Program-made: the position numbers and the translations under genes
DNA from: a virus
Taxonomy: Duplodnaviria > Caudoviricetes
Length of the DNA: 64,000 nt
Virus record (IMG/VR): IMGVR_UViG_3300028048_000039
Span: 96,001-160,000 of that record
Direction: 5' to 3' (one strand)
The notes under the pieces: model-generated
Databases searched by the model: none
What the model saw: the letters and a program-made list of their open reading frames with translations, nothing else
Told to the model about the DNA's origin: nothing
Shown: piece by piece, positions 48,159 to 57,868 of the stretch
How positions within the stretch are numbered: the stretch's first letter is position 1
Layout: each line of letters starts with the position of its first letter

Positions 48159-48353
48159 ATGAAAGTAATAAGAATACCTCAACCGAAAGATAGTTGGGAA
48201 GACAATCCTTGTTATGACTGCTGTTTTGGAGTAGATGGAGAATGTAATGCTCCACAAGAAATAATAGACTCTGATGAAGAATGTGGTTTTTCTTGGAATA
48301 AGCCAAATTATGTATATAAACAGGTAGAAGATGGAAAAGGAGGTAGCAAATGA
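48159..48353 (+). CDS. Small Cys-rich hypothetical protein
   Basis: CYDCCF...C...C. Confidence 0.5.
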   Translation: MKVIRIPQPKDSWEDNPCYDCCFGVDGECNAPQEIIDSDEECGFSWNKPNYVYKQVEDGKGGSK

Positions 48354-48501
48354 AAACGGCAAGAATAAAGGATTATAGTCTTTTTATAGGCAGAAATCTT
48401 GTGACAGAACGAAAGTTACCAGAACCTTGGGGATTGCTTTTATATCTTTCTTGGTTTCAACTTGATTTTAATGATTATATTAAGGATAAGGAGGAATAAT
48501 T

Positions 48502-48873
48502 ATGGAAAATAAAGAATATATTACTAAAACTGCAATCTGCATAACCATTCCTAAATCAATTAAATGGGATGATTATAAGAAAGAAATTGATACTGTTGCC
48601 GATTGGAGTCAGGAGATGAATTTCAAGGTGAATAACCTACCCACGAAAGTAAAACCAGGCGATAGATGCTATCTCTGCTATGATGGGAATATCATTGGTT
48701 GGATGACAATATCTTCTCTTGGAGAGAAACAATTTCAATGTACTACGACAGGCAAAGATTGGGAGAAAGGGAATTATATTTCACGCAGTGGCCCTTTCCA
48801 TAAGATTAATCCTGTTCCTTGTAAGGGCTTTAGGGGATTCAAATATATTACCTACAAGGTAAAGAACAAATAA
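48502..48873 (+). CDS. Hypothetical protein, possible ASCH/PUA-like fold
   Basis: VKPGDRCYLCYDGNIIGW...PCKGFRGFKY. Confidence 0.45.
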   Translation: MENKEYITKTAICITIPKSIKWDDYKKEIDTVADWSQEMNFKVNNLPTKVKPGDRCYLCYDGNIIGWMTISSLGEKQFQCTTTGKDWEKGNYISRSGPFHKINPVPCKGFRGFKYITYKVKNK

Positions 48874-48967
48874 TTTGGATATTCTGTCAAAAGTTTGTTA
48901 CTTTGAAAAACTTTTTATATATTTGCAGAAAAGAATTGTTGTTGTTAAATTAAAAAGAAAAAAAATT

Positions 48968-49405
48968 ATGTGCTTAAAGATTAGAAAGAATGCAAAGGTA
49001 AAGACTGCAGAGAAAGATATCGTTTGCTATAAGGTTGTAGAGAAACTGGCTAAATCCGGGTATGTAACTCCGTTCTTTAATATGCCTATTTCTATTGGAG
49101 AAGAATATGGGGATGTAAGTTTGGAGAAAAAAGGTAATATATATGAAGTTGTTGTAGAAGAAGGGTATCATTCCTTAAAAACATTTGAAGATGCTGCGAA
49201 TTATGCAGCGATGTTGATGCTTGTTCGTCATGTTTCCTTTACCATTATTAAATGTGTTATTCCAAAAGGAGCAAAATACTATGATGGGATGACTCCAATA
49301 TTTGGCTACAAACTTTATAATAGTTATGCTTCAGATAAAATAAGATATACTGATGTAGTTTATGAGGATAGGGAAAAAGATTATAGTATAATTAAATATG
49401 TATAA
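48968..49405 (+). CDS. Paralog family C (MCL...AE.DI.CYKV...G.HS...KC.IPKG), copy 1
   Basis: Homologous to the 62972 gene; first gene after an early promoter. Confidence 0.65.
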   Translation: MCLKIRKNAKVKTAEKDIVCYKVVEKLAKSGYVTPFFNMPISIGEEYGDVSLEKKGNIYEVVVEEGYHSLKTFEDAANYAAMLMLVRHVSFTIIKCVIPKGAKYYDGMTPIFGYKLYNSYASDKIRYTDVVYEDREKDYSIIKYV

Positions 49406-49407
49406 AT

Positions 49408-51189
49408 ATGGCAAATGTATTTACAAAATCAGAAGAGTTTAAGTCAGAATACTCTTGCGCAGTAGTGAAGGTAGGAGAACTTACACCTATTGAAGGTTCT
49501 GACTTTCTTGCTAAGACACTCGTCCTTGGAACACAAATAGTGGTAAGGCGTGATTTTATTAAACCTGGTGACACAATGATATATTGTGCAAACGAGACAC
49601 AGTTGAATGAGAGATTCCTTTCTGTTAATAATCTTTTTGAGATTAGTTGCAGGGAGAAGAACGCTAATGCTGAAGAGGTTGCCAAGATTATGGAAGAATA
49701 TGCTCCAATTAAGGCAAAGGCTGATAAGATGCGTAATGAAGCGAAGAACATTAAAGGTGTTATGGAAAGCAAGACCAATTTTTCCAACAAACTTACAAAG
49801 AAAGCAGACAAGTTGGAAAAGAAACTGTCTGAAATGGAGTTAGGCACTGCAGAATATGAAACGCTCAAGGCAGACATTGCGGACAAAAGAAAATCTGCTG
49901 AGAAAGCCCTTTCCGAAGCGATGTCACTTACTACCAAATATACTAATCTTAAGAAGGACATTGAGGACCTTGTAAATTCAGGAAAGCATATTGTTGATGA
50001 AGCGAAGAAGCATTGCGGATTCTTTAACAAGTATGGCAGGGTGCGTTGTATTACACTGAAAGGAACCCCATCATTCGGTTTCTTGTTTTCCCCTGAAGAA
50101 CTCTTCAAGTTTGATAACACCGTCACTATGGAAGATATTGAGGATTGTATAGGCCAGGAGTTTGATACTATTAATGGAGAACTGTTTGTTAAGGTATTTA
50201 TTCCGCCAATGCCGAAAGAAAGCAGAAGAGACAATGCAAACAAGGCACAGAAGAAGATAAAGAGATTTGACAGGATGATTGATGGAGAATTCTTCTTCCA
50301 CTATGACACCACACAGTTGGAAAAGACTATTAATCAGTTCAAGCCAGAAGATGTCATTGATGTATCAATTAAGATTCACGGCACATCATCCATTTTTGCA
50401 AAGGTAAAAGTCAAGAAACCTATTCATTGGAAGACAATTCTCTTTAGTCCTTGGAACTTTGCCATGAGACTATTCCATCTTCCTATGGTTAAGACATATA
50501 AGGTTGAGTATGGCCCAGTTTATTCTTCAAGGACAGTAATCAAGAACCGCTATATTAATTCAAGCACAAATGGTGGCTATTATAATGCAGATATTTGGAC
50601 TGAATACGGAGATATTATCTATCCTTATCTTGATGAAGGTATGACTGTTTATGGTGAAATTTTTGGGTATATCACAGAAAGTGATAAACCAATACAGAAG
50701 ACTTATGATTACGGGTGCGACAAGGGTGAAAACAAAATTATGTTCTACCGAGTGACCAAAGATGAAGATGGCAATAAAAGAGAATGGGAAGTTCAGGAAG
50801 TATTTGAATGGACAAAAGATTTGATTGAAAGGATGAAAGCCAACAATGATGAAAATTGGAAGAAAATACACCCGATTGATATCCTTTATCATGGTACATT
50901 GGAAGACCTCTACCCGGACATTGATACTGAAAATCATTGGCACGAGAATGTCCTTGAGAAATTGAAAAATGACAAGGAACATTTTGGAATGGAAGAAGAT
51001 GAACCGCTTTGTATTTATCATCAGGTTCCGAGGGAAGGAATATGTGTAAGAAAATATGCTGACCCAATTAGAGAATGCTATAAGTTGAAGACAATAAGCT
51101 TTAAGTTAGGGGAAGCGATTCGCTATGACTCCAATGATGTGGATATAGAAGCAGTAGAAGGTTATTCAGAAGACCCTAACGAAAGTTAG
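49408..51189 (+). CDS. ATP-dependent RNA ligase, Rnl2/DRB0094-like
   Basis: N-terminal TPIEGSDFL...GD..IY; KIHGTS (motif I), VYGEIFG, FYRV, REGICVR, YKLK. Confidence 0.8.
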   Translation: MANVFTKSEEFKSEYSCAVVKVGELTPIEGSDFLAKTLVLGTQIVVRRDFIKPGDTMIYCANETQLNERFLSVNNLFEISCREKNANAEEVAKIMEEYAPIKAKADKMRNEAKNIKGVMESKTNFSNKLTKKADKLEKKLSEMELGTAEYETLKADIADKRKSAEKALSEAMSLTTKYTNLKKDIEDLVNSGKHIVDEAKKHCGFFNKYGRVRCITLKGTPSFGFLFSPEELFKFDNTVTMEDIEDCIGQEFDTINGELFVKVFIPPMPKESRRDNANKAQKKIKRFDRMIDGEFFFHYDTTQLEKTINQFKPEDVIDVSIKIHGTSSIFAKVKVKKPIHWKTILFSPWNFAMRLFHLPMVKTYKVEYGPVYSSRTVIKNRYINSSTNGGYYNADIWTEYGDIIYPYLDEGMTVYGEIFGYITESDKPIQKTYDYGCDKGENKIMFYRVTKDEDGNKREWEVQEVFEWTKDLIERMKANNDENWKKIHPIDILYHGTLEDLYPDIDTENHWHENVLEKLKNDKEHFGMEEDEPLCIYHQVPREGICVRKYADPIRECYKLKTISFKLGEAIRYDSNDVDIEAVEGYSEDPNES

Positions 51190-51200
51190 GGTTTTTTGTT
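51171..51200 (+). terminator. Rho-independent terminator
   Basis: ACCCTAAC-gaaa-GTTAGGGTTTTTT. Confidence 0.8.
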
Positions 51201-51407
51201 TTTTAGAAAAAGTTTTTGTATATTTGCACTAGAAATTAATATAAGGAGGAACATAAGATGTGGAATGTACTTTGGAATGAAGAAATCGAAAAATTTATCG
51301 ATGAAACCATCAAGGATGGCGCTGAAATTCATATTACAATAAGTAGAAAAGAGGAAAAAAAAAAATAAAAATAATGTTTAACTTTTAAATTTAAGGAGGA
51401 ATAGTTT

Positions 51408-51737
51408 ATGATTACATTTCTTATTTTCGTAGCCATCTTTTTTAGTATTGTTGGTGGCTTCTTTCTCGGTAACTTTATTGAGTGCCTATTGGATGCATTG
51501 GAGGGGAGGGCTGTAATGTATAACATTGCCGGGATAATAATTGCTCTCATTGGTTTATCATCCTGTGCATTTTTAATCTGTGGTAGTGTAAAGGCAATTA
51601 ATAAGGTTGAGGAACAGAAGAAGGAAAGCATTAAGATTGAAACAGGGGTAGCTCCTCAGGTGGATACCACCATTAATATCAAGGATGGTCTTAAGGACAC
51701 AATTTATGTTTATCACTTTAAAGAAGTGGAGGACTAA
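51408..51737 (+). CDS. Two-TM membrane protein, family D, copy 1
   Basis: Two TM segments; C-terminal VDTT...KDTIYVY. Confidence 0.65.
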   Translation: MITFLIFVAIFFSIVGGFFLGNFIECLLDALEGRAVMYNIAGIIIALIGLSSCAFLICGSVKAINKVEEQKKESIKIETGVAPQVDTTINIKDGLKDTIYVYHFKEVED

Positions 51738-51739
51738 CT

Positions 51740-52111
51740 ATGGAATGTATTATTAGTGGAATTATTCTTTTAATCTTGGCAATTTTCTTTGTCTTCTGTT
51801 TCTTTTGGCTGATTGGACCTATCGTTGATGGGGTGCATGACAAAGACCATGACAAGGCATTTGCAGGAATTATGGCGATGATTGGCGCCTGTGTTACCTT
51901 CATCCTCTTGGTACATCTTGGGAGCAGTTTAATAAAGAAAGGAACTGCTGAAGAGAACGCAACAAAGGAACCAAAGGTGGAACTGAACAGAACTGTTGAA
52001 TATTATCGTGCTGTGGTTGATACGGTTATCAACACTACAACCAATGACACGACATTTGTAGAACATTTGGAGAAAATAAATGATTTAAATTATCAAAAAA
52101 ATATCGACTAA
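51740..52111 (+). CDS. Two-TM membrane protein, family D, copy 2
   Basis: Two TM segments; VDTV...NDTTFV. Confidence 0.6.
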   Translation: MECIISGIILLILAIFFVFCFFWLIGPIVDGVHDKDHDKAFAGIMAMIGACVTFILLVHLGSSLIKKGTAEENATKEPKVELNRTVEYYRAVVDTVINTTTNDTTFVEHLEKINDLNYQKNID

Positions 52112-52113
52112 TT

Positions 52114-52452
52114 ATGTGGATGGTATTTGGAATTTTATTAGCCCTTTTAGGATTTGTTATCTGCTTTGTCTTTCTGACAATGCTCTTTAACGACAGATTT
52201 TCTTGGGTGAAGAGATGGAGCAAGATACTTGGGGGACTATGCTTTGGGCTTGGTTTCCTTATCGGATTTACAATGATTAACTTTGGCTGTGCTATGATGA
52301 CACACTCCATTGAGAAATCAATGAGGGAGAATCCGAAGTATTATGAGTTTGAATTCAAGACAAGTGAGCCCCTTCAGCCAACCTTGCAGATAAGTGAGGC
52401 TGATGGTGTTAGTGATACTGTCTATGTCTATCCTGTGAAGATGAAAATGTAA
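52114..52452 (+). CDS. Two-TM membrane protein, family D, copy 3
   Basis: Two TM segments; SDTVYVY. Confidence 0.65.
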   Translation: MWMVFGILLALLGFVICFVFLTMLFNDRFSWVKRWSKILGGLCFGLGFLIGFTMINFGCAMMTHSIEKSMRENPKYYEFEFKTSEPLQPTLQISEADGVSDTVYVYPVKMKM

Positions 52453-52457
52453 GGGTT

Positions 52458-52955
52458 ATGCAAGAGATAATCTACTTTTCGGTAAATAACTGGTTCAGCG
52501 GTAGAGATTATCCGCCACTTGAATGTTTCCATAAGTGGTTGGGGGATGACTTGAACCAAACCTTCATGGATGATAAGTGGGCAAAGGAAAACAAACTCTG
52601 CATCTACTATGGAACTGTGGATATGAGTTGGAATTACACGGTTGCTGCACCTATATCTTGGGTAGAGAAGAATTGTCCTGAACTCCTTTACGATGAAGAA
52701 TATACCTATACCACAAGAATTAGTGTTCCAAGAAAAAAGTTCTGGCTCTTTGGAAAGAGCATATGGGTATGGCAGGACAAGATTGAGAGAAAGAAATATT
52801 CCGATTTTGTCTATACCGCCCAAGATGTAGAAGAAGGTATATGTGATGATGTTGGGAATATGCCTTTCCCTGAATACAAGGAAGAGAACTTTGGTTCCCA
52901 TTACTACGAAACTGATTATTGGGGGGAAGATGAAGAAGAAGATGATGAAGAATAG
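52458..52955 (+). CDS. Hypothetical protein
   Basis: In-operon ORF with an acidic tail. Confidence 0.6.
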   Translation: MQEIIYFSVNNWFSGRDYPPLECFHKWLGDDLNQTFMDDKWAKENKLCIYYGTVDMSWNYTVAAPISWVEKNCPELLYDEEYTYTTRISVPRKKFWLFGKSIWVWQDKIERKKYSDFVYTAQDVEEGICDDVGNMPFPEYKEENFGSHYYETDYWGEDEEEDDEE

Positions 52956-53047
52956 GACATTAAGATTTTGAAAATAATCCGTCAAAAATTTGTTACTTTG
53001 GCGGATTTTTTGTATATTTGCAGTGTTTAATTAAAATTTAAAGACTT

Positions 53048-53425
53048 ATGAAGATAATAGTTTGTTACACGAAAGAGGGAAATATCCGCCGCATTGATGA
53101 TATGCAGGTATTTCTTGACAAGGGAAGGACTGAAAAGGAAATCTTTGATGCTGCTGAAGAGCAGAACTCCAATCCCGAAAAATATGGTGGAGCAAGGTGG
53201 GAATTCATTGATGTTCCTGAAAACCTTGTTCAGCCACTTACATTCCTGCTTGGAAAGGATAAGTACAAGAAATGTTCTGACATTGATGATTTGCTTGGGC
53301 AACTTGACACGATTAAGGACATCTTGGAGGCAGTAAGCACAGATGTATATGACTGCTCCGATTATCTCCGTGAGATGATACAGGATGTGAAGAAAGTGGC
53401 AAAGGATGATGAAGATGATGAATAA
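53048..53425 (+). CDS. Hypothetical protein
   Basis: First gene after the promoter at 53013. Confidence 0.6.
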   Translation: MKIIVCYTKEGNIRRIDDMQVFLDKGRTEKEIFDAAEEQNSNPEKYGGARWEFIDVPENLVQPLTFLLGKDKYKKCSDIDDLLGQLDTIKDILEAVSTDVYDCSDYLREMIQDVKKVAKDDEDDE

Positions 53426-53437
53426 AATTAAAGAGTT

Positions 53438-53926
53438 ATGAAGGCATTAGTTAACAAACATAATCATCAGATACGGATAACTGCACCAGAGATAACTATT
53501 GAAGATGCCCCTTATAACAATCATCAATATGTTTATTGGATACCTGCCATTAACCAAATATATAATCCAATAGACTGGACTCTCGTTGAGGAAGAAGAGA
53601 ATATCAGTTGGGCAGACAGACTGAAAGAAAGACTTTCCAAGATGTCACAGGAAGAAATTGACAAGGCATTTGAAGAAATGGGCGGAGACAATGACGAGTC
53701 TCCTACTCTTGAAGAATATCTTAAAGCAGCATATCATTCTCCAATTGAAACTGAACCAGTGGACTTAGAGAAAGCGGCAGAAAAATATGCAGACAAGCAC
53801 GGATTTAGAGTTCCTTATGATGGTTCTAACAACTTCTACGATGATGTAGATGTTAAAGCATCTTTAGAAGGTTTCAAGGCAGGAGCCAAGTGGATGGCGG
53901 AACAAATAAAAGGAGGTAGCAAATGA
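53438..53926 (+). CDS. Modular hypothetical protein (LEKAAEKYA...FKAGAKW module)
   Basis: Module shared with the 61081 protein. Confidence 0.6.
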   Translation: MKALVNKHNHQIRITAPEITIEDAPYNNHQYVYWIPAINQIYNPIDWTLVEEEENISWADRLKERLSKMSQEEIDKAFEEMGGDNDESPTLEEYLKAAYHSPIETEPVDLEKAAEKYADKHGFRVPYDGSNNFYDDVDVKASLEGFKAGAKWMAEQIKGGSK

Positions 53927-54549
53927 AGACAATGAAAACAATACCATTTGATATTGCTCTTAGAAGTGAAATACAGAGCAAAGAAAACAAGTATTTGGGA
54001 AGATACAAGGTTCAGACAAGGAGTGGAAAATCTGCGAGAATTATTTGCTGGGATAATAAAAATCCTGAATTTCCAATTGCGGGTCTTCCGATTGCTGCTC
54101 TTGTTGAGGACTCTTCTCATTCTAATGAAACCGCATTTTTGTTACTTTTGTTTCGCAAGGATGGAATGTGTTGTGGCACATCCGATAATGATTTATGTCT
54201 CATAGACACATGGGAACCGAAGTTCAAGGTGGGAGATACAATAAGAAATAAGGTTACTGATATTGTTCGTAAGATAGTAAAACTCAACGATACACATTAT
54301 AGCGCAATAGACCCTTTTGAACCAATTTCTTATAACCATAGTCATTCGTATTGTATTTCATATAAATGTCAGGATTTATATGAACTTATTTCAGAAGAAT
54401 CAGAACTGACAGATTTTGAAAAGGAGTTGGCAAATTGCCTCAGTAAATCTATTATTGTCCGTGACGTAGAAACATTGGCAAAAGAGTGTGCCCCTAAACT
54501 TCTTGAACTTGCTAAGAAAGAAATCATAGAAAAACTGAAGGAGGAATAA
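53923..54549 (+). CDS. Modular hypothetical protein (TRSG..ARIICWD; EPKFKVGDT module)
   Basis: EPKF.VGDT module shared with the 61081 protein. Confidence 0.6.
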   Translation: MKTMKTIPFDIALRSEIQSKENKYLGRYKVQTRSGKSARIICWDNKNPEFPIAGLPIAALVEDSSHSNETAFLLLLFRKDGMCCGTSDNDLCLIDTWEPKFKVGDTIRNKVTDIVRKIVKLNDTHYSAIDPFEPISYNHSHSYCISYKCQDLYELISEESELTDFEKELANCLSKSIIVRDVETLAKECAPKLLELAKKEIIEKLKEE

Positions 54550-54550
54550 T

Positions 54551-54748
54551 ATGAAAGCACCAGATAAGATTTGGATAACCGCTGACCTCAATGGATATTA
54601 TATGTCAAATCATCCTCCTTGTGGGGAAGAATACCTCCGCAAAGACACCATTCTGGAATGGGCGAATAATATGAAAAGAATCTGTAAAGGAGCAGAGCCA
54701 ATAGAAAAGGCATATCAGACAATGATAGACAAACTAAATGAAATGTAA
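54551..54748 (+). CDS. Hypothetical protein
   Basis: MKAPDKIW...EYLRKD. Confidence 0.55.
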   Translation: MKAPDKIWITADLNGYYMSNHPPCGEEYLRKDTILEWANNMKRICKGAEPIEKAYQTMIDKLNEM

Positions 54749-54749
54749 T

Positions 54750-55124
54750 ATGACAACAGAAGATAAACAACTATTATTAAAGGACCTCTGTGCAAGGTTG
54801 CCTTATAGGACTAAAATACATATTATAGGAGAAGGTGGGGAAGAAATAGATGCTGACTTAACCACCTCTACTATTGATTATTTTGAGAGTTGGACTGTTA
54901 AACCCTACCTCCGCCCAATGTCAAGTATGATTGAGGAGGAAGAGGAGGAATATAATAGGCTCTTAATGGATGTTGAGTATTATCCGGGGAAGTATTTTGT
55001 TGTTCCGGCAACATCTGTTGTTGATTGGCTTCTTGAACATCACTTTGATTTTAGAGGTCTCTTTAAAAAAGGTCTTGCATTGGAAGCAAAAGAAGATACA
55101 TATATTAAGACAAAGGAGGGATAA
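54750..55124 (+). CDS. Paralog family A, copy 2
   Basis: First ~170 nt highly similar to the 45389 copy. Confidence 0.7.
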   Translation: MTTEDKQLLLKDLCARLPYRTKIHIIGEGGEEIDADLTTSTIDYFESWTVKPYLRPMSSMIEEEEEEYNRLLMDVEYYPGKYFVVPATSVVDWLLEHHFDFRGLFKKGLALEAKEDTYIKTKEG

Positions 55125-55126
55125 CT

Positions 55127-55429
55127 ATGAGTGGAGGAATATTTGACTATTCGCAGTATAGATTACAGGAAATTACTGATAGAATACAGGAAGAAATAGA
55201 CAACAACAATACCAAACCTGAATGGTATAATGCCCAGTATTGGAATGGATATAGATGGACTGATGATACTATTGCAGAGTTCAAGAAAGGTATTGAGTTA
55301 ATACAGAAAGCCAAAATCTATATGCAAAGAATAGACTGGCTTCTCGCAGGAGATGACGGGGAAGATGATTTTCATAGAAGGCTAAAAGAAGACCTTAAAA
55401 AATTAGAGAAGAACAAATATGACAATTAA
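55127..55429 (+). CDS. Conserved hypothetical phage protein
   Basis: MSGG.FDY.QY...RIDWLLAGDDGE. Confidence 0.65.
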   Translation: MSGGIFDYSQYRLQEITDRIQEEIDNNNTKPEWYNAQYWNGYRWTDDTIAEFKKGIELIQKAKIYMQRIDWLLAGDDGEDDFHRRLKEDLKKLEKNKYDN

Positions 55430-55561
55430 AGAACTATACGAAAATGCAGTAGAAGGTGGATATGAAAATCTACCTCTCTATGATAGAGTATATGAAGGAT
55501 ACTCAACAGATGATATAGAAATAGATTGTATACGAGTTGAGAATGACAAAGTAATTTTTAT

Positions 55562-56002
55562 ATGATAGACATTAAAGAACTAAGCATAGGAAACTATTTT
55601 CGTGTTGCTCACGAAGGTCTTTGTATAAAGAAGGGAACTATAATAAAGGTTAACGGAATTGATGCCGAGAACAAGCTTATGAAGAAAGGACTTGTTGGGG
55701 CCATATCCTGCCATCCTCTTGATGAAGACCAATTAGACGGAGGAATTTGGCTTGCATATCTTGAACCCATTGAAATCACTCCGGAAATACTGGAGAAGAA
55801 CGGATGGGAGGTAAACGTAAATAATATAAATCCTAAGAAGTGGATTGCCGTTTTAGTGGAAAATGCTGCAATTATCCATGGTGACGAGACATTCATTATT
55901 ATAACCACGGATGGCGGAGAAATAAGATTTCCATTTAGATATGTTCACCAACTTCAAAACATACTGACGCTTTGTGGAATAAATAAAGAAATTGAATTAT
56001 AA
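55562..56002 (+). CDS. Hypothetical phage protein
   Basis: L.IGN...PIEITPEILEKNG...YVHQLQN pattern. Confidence 0.6.
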   Translation: MIDIKELSIGNYFRVAHEGLCIKKGTIIKVNGIDAENKLMKKGLVGAISCHPLDEDQLDGGIWLAYLEPIEITPEILEKNGWEVNVNNINPKKWIAVLVENAAIIHGDETFIIITTDGGEIRFPFRYVHQLQNILTLCGINKEIEL

Positions 56003-56003
56003 T

Positions 56004-56345
56004 ATGTGTTTACTTAAAAGAAATAGATTCTTAAATACCGCCATTTTATCACAATGGCGTCATGATGCTCTCAAAAATCTGAATTTTGTCGGAGGTTGGG
56101 ACGGATATTGGGTAACAAGGATAGAAGGTGTTAAATATCGCAGTGAACGTGCTAGCGGGTTCAATGCAGTTGTCGGAGACTGTGGCACATTTATTCAAGA
56201 CGCTCTAATTGATAGGGCAAAAATTAAACGAAACCCCAAGAAATTCAGTAAAGAATTAGGTATATGCGCAAGTGGCGGGTGTCGTTATGTGAATTCTAAA
56301 GGAGAAGTGACGCAGTTTAATGGTTATGGGTGGCGAATATATTAA
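56004..56345 (+). CDS. Hypothetical protein
   Basis: In-operon ORF; start uncertain. Confidence 0.45.
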   Translation: MCLLKRNRFLNTAILSQWRHDALKNLNFVGGWDGYWVTRIEGVKYRSERASGFNAVVGDCGTFIQDALIDRAKIKRNPKKFSKELGICASGGCRYVNSKGEVTQFNGYGWRIY

Positions 56346-56359
56346 AAAGAAATTAAACT

Positions 56360-56743
56360 ATGATGGAAGATTACATTAGTGAAGCAGAGGCATTGTCCGA
56401 AATTTATGATGGTTTTGAAGGTAATTTTGAACCATACTCAAAGAGTGACCGTCGTGACTATGTAGATGCAAAGTCAAGGACGTTCAAAAAGTCTGACATT
56501 GGCAAGTGGGTAGTAACGCAAAAGCCAAGGCGTAAGAAAGGTGTTGTGAGTACTTTGTATCTTGTAGACCGAAGTTTAACTAAGCGTTTCTGGTGGTCTC
56601 CATATTCATTCTATGCAATGGTTTTTGAGAAAGAAAGTGCCGCAAGAGTACAAGCCGCAAAATATCGCTTTAACAAAGCAAGCGCAATGCAGATTACTTC
56701 AAGCATGGCAGACAAGAAGTGGTTCTCACTATGTTATGAATAA
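56360..56743 (+). CDS. Hypothetical protein
   Basis: In-operon ORF. Confidence 0.55.
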   Translation: MMEDYISEAEALSEIYDGFEGNFEPYSKSDRRDYVDAKSRTFKKSDIGKWVVTQKPRRKKGVVSTLYLVDRSLTKRFWWSPYSFYAMVFEKESAARVQAAKYRFNKASAMQITSSMADKKWFSLCYE

Positions 56744-56765
56744 TCAATAAATTACTAAAAATGTT

Positions 56766-57140
56766 GTGATTATGACTTTTGGAGAATTTAAGCAACTTGG
56801 TTACGATAATGATTTACCTATGGAATATGCTCTTGTACAAAGTTTACTTGAAGGTAAGATAAATATCATTGAAATAAACAATGCGTATTCTATTGCACTG
56901 GAAAAGGAAAGAAGAATTAAAAATCTGAGGTTTGAAGAAGCCTGTGTAAACCTCGCACAACTTCTGTCTGGTAATTACAAAGAGGAAAACTTAAAAGAAG
57001 CTCAACAAAGAGCTGTACATACACTAAATATGTCAAGAACTCTACCGCATAATGTCTATAACAAGAAGTATTCTTATACAGAAGAAACTAAAAAGGAATG
57101 GGATGAGTTCTGTAAAACTATATATGGAGAAGAATTATGA
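56766..57140 (+). CDS. Hypothetical protein
   Basis: In-operon ORF. Confidence 0.55.
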   Translation: MIMTFGEFKQLGYDNDLPMEYALVQSLLEGKINIIEINNAYSIALEKERRIKNLRFEEACVNLAQLLSGNYKEENLKEAQQRAVHTLNMSRTLPHNVYNKKYSYTEETKKEWDEFCKTIYGEEL

Positions 57141-57868
57141 TTACAGAAGATTATGTAAGTTTTGAAACTGCCAAACTCTTGAAGGAGAAAGGGTTTAAGG
57201 CGTGGTGCTATAAGTCCTATGGAACTGCTGTATATCATAAAGGTGTACCAATCAGTTTCGATGAAGAATGCGAACTGAAAGAAGAAGGACTTGAAGATGA
57301 AATTGAATATGTTGAAGGTGGATATCTTTATGATTTTGGGTATGACAACAGAAAGAAAGATGCAAAAGTATGGGCTGCTCCAACATTGTGGATGGCTATG
57401 AAATGGTTGAGAGAAGCACATAAGATTGATATCACAGTTGACCCGCACGAAGTCGGAAATAATTGGATATATCAATTTCATATCTGTCAAAATAAAGATT
57501 ATTTGTTTTCAAGAGACATTGATACGTCTTATGAAAATTGTGCAGAAGCAGCGATAAAATATTGTCTTAAGAATCTTATAAAAAATGAAAATGGGGAAGA
57601 AGAATCTAACATTTCAGTTCCTAAGACAGTTAATGAAGCAATCTCTACGCTTGAGAAAATACTTTCAGATGAGGACAAGGAATATCTTCTTAAAAATGGA
57701 GCAATTTCAATGCATAGTTCTCTTGGCAGATGGATTAGAAATGAATGGGGATTATGGACAGATTCAGAATTGAAAAATGAGTTGAAGAAAAAAGGGGTTG
57801 AACACCCTGATGATATGTCGAATTATATTATAGAAGAATTTATTAAATATTGGAATAATAAAATATGA
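57137..57868 (+). CDS. Paralog family E (MITEDYVSFE.AKLL), copy 1, fused to a DUF6794-like C-terminal domain
   Basis: Family motifs MAMKWLRE.H and YE...E.AIKYCL; extension PKTVNEAI...HSSLGRWIRNEWGLW...HPDDMS. Confidence 0.65.
   Translation: MITEDYVSFETAKLLKEKGFKAWCYKSYGTAVYHKGVPISFDEECELKEEGLEDEIEYVEGGYLYDFGYDNRKKDAKVWAAPTLWMAMKWLREAHKIDITVDPHEVGNNWIYQFHICQNKDYLFSRDIDTSYENCAEAAIKYCLKNLIKNENGEEESNISVPKTVNEAISTLEKILSDEDKEYLLKNGAISMHSSLGRWIRNEWGLWTDSELKNELKKKGVEHPDDMSNYIIEEFIKYWNNKI

Noticed and set aside
49392-50243. Long antisense ORFs (also 32861-33430, 52428-52985, 26585-27073 and others)
   Set aside because: Shadow frames opposite well-supported genes, with no motifs or expression signals.
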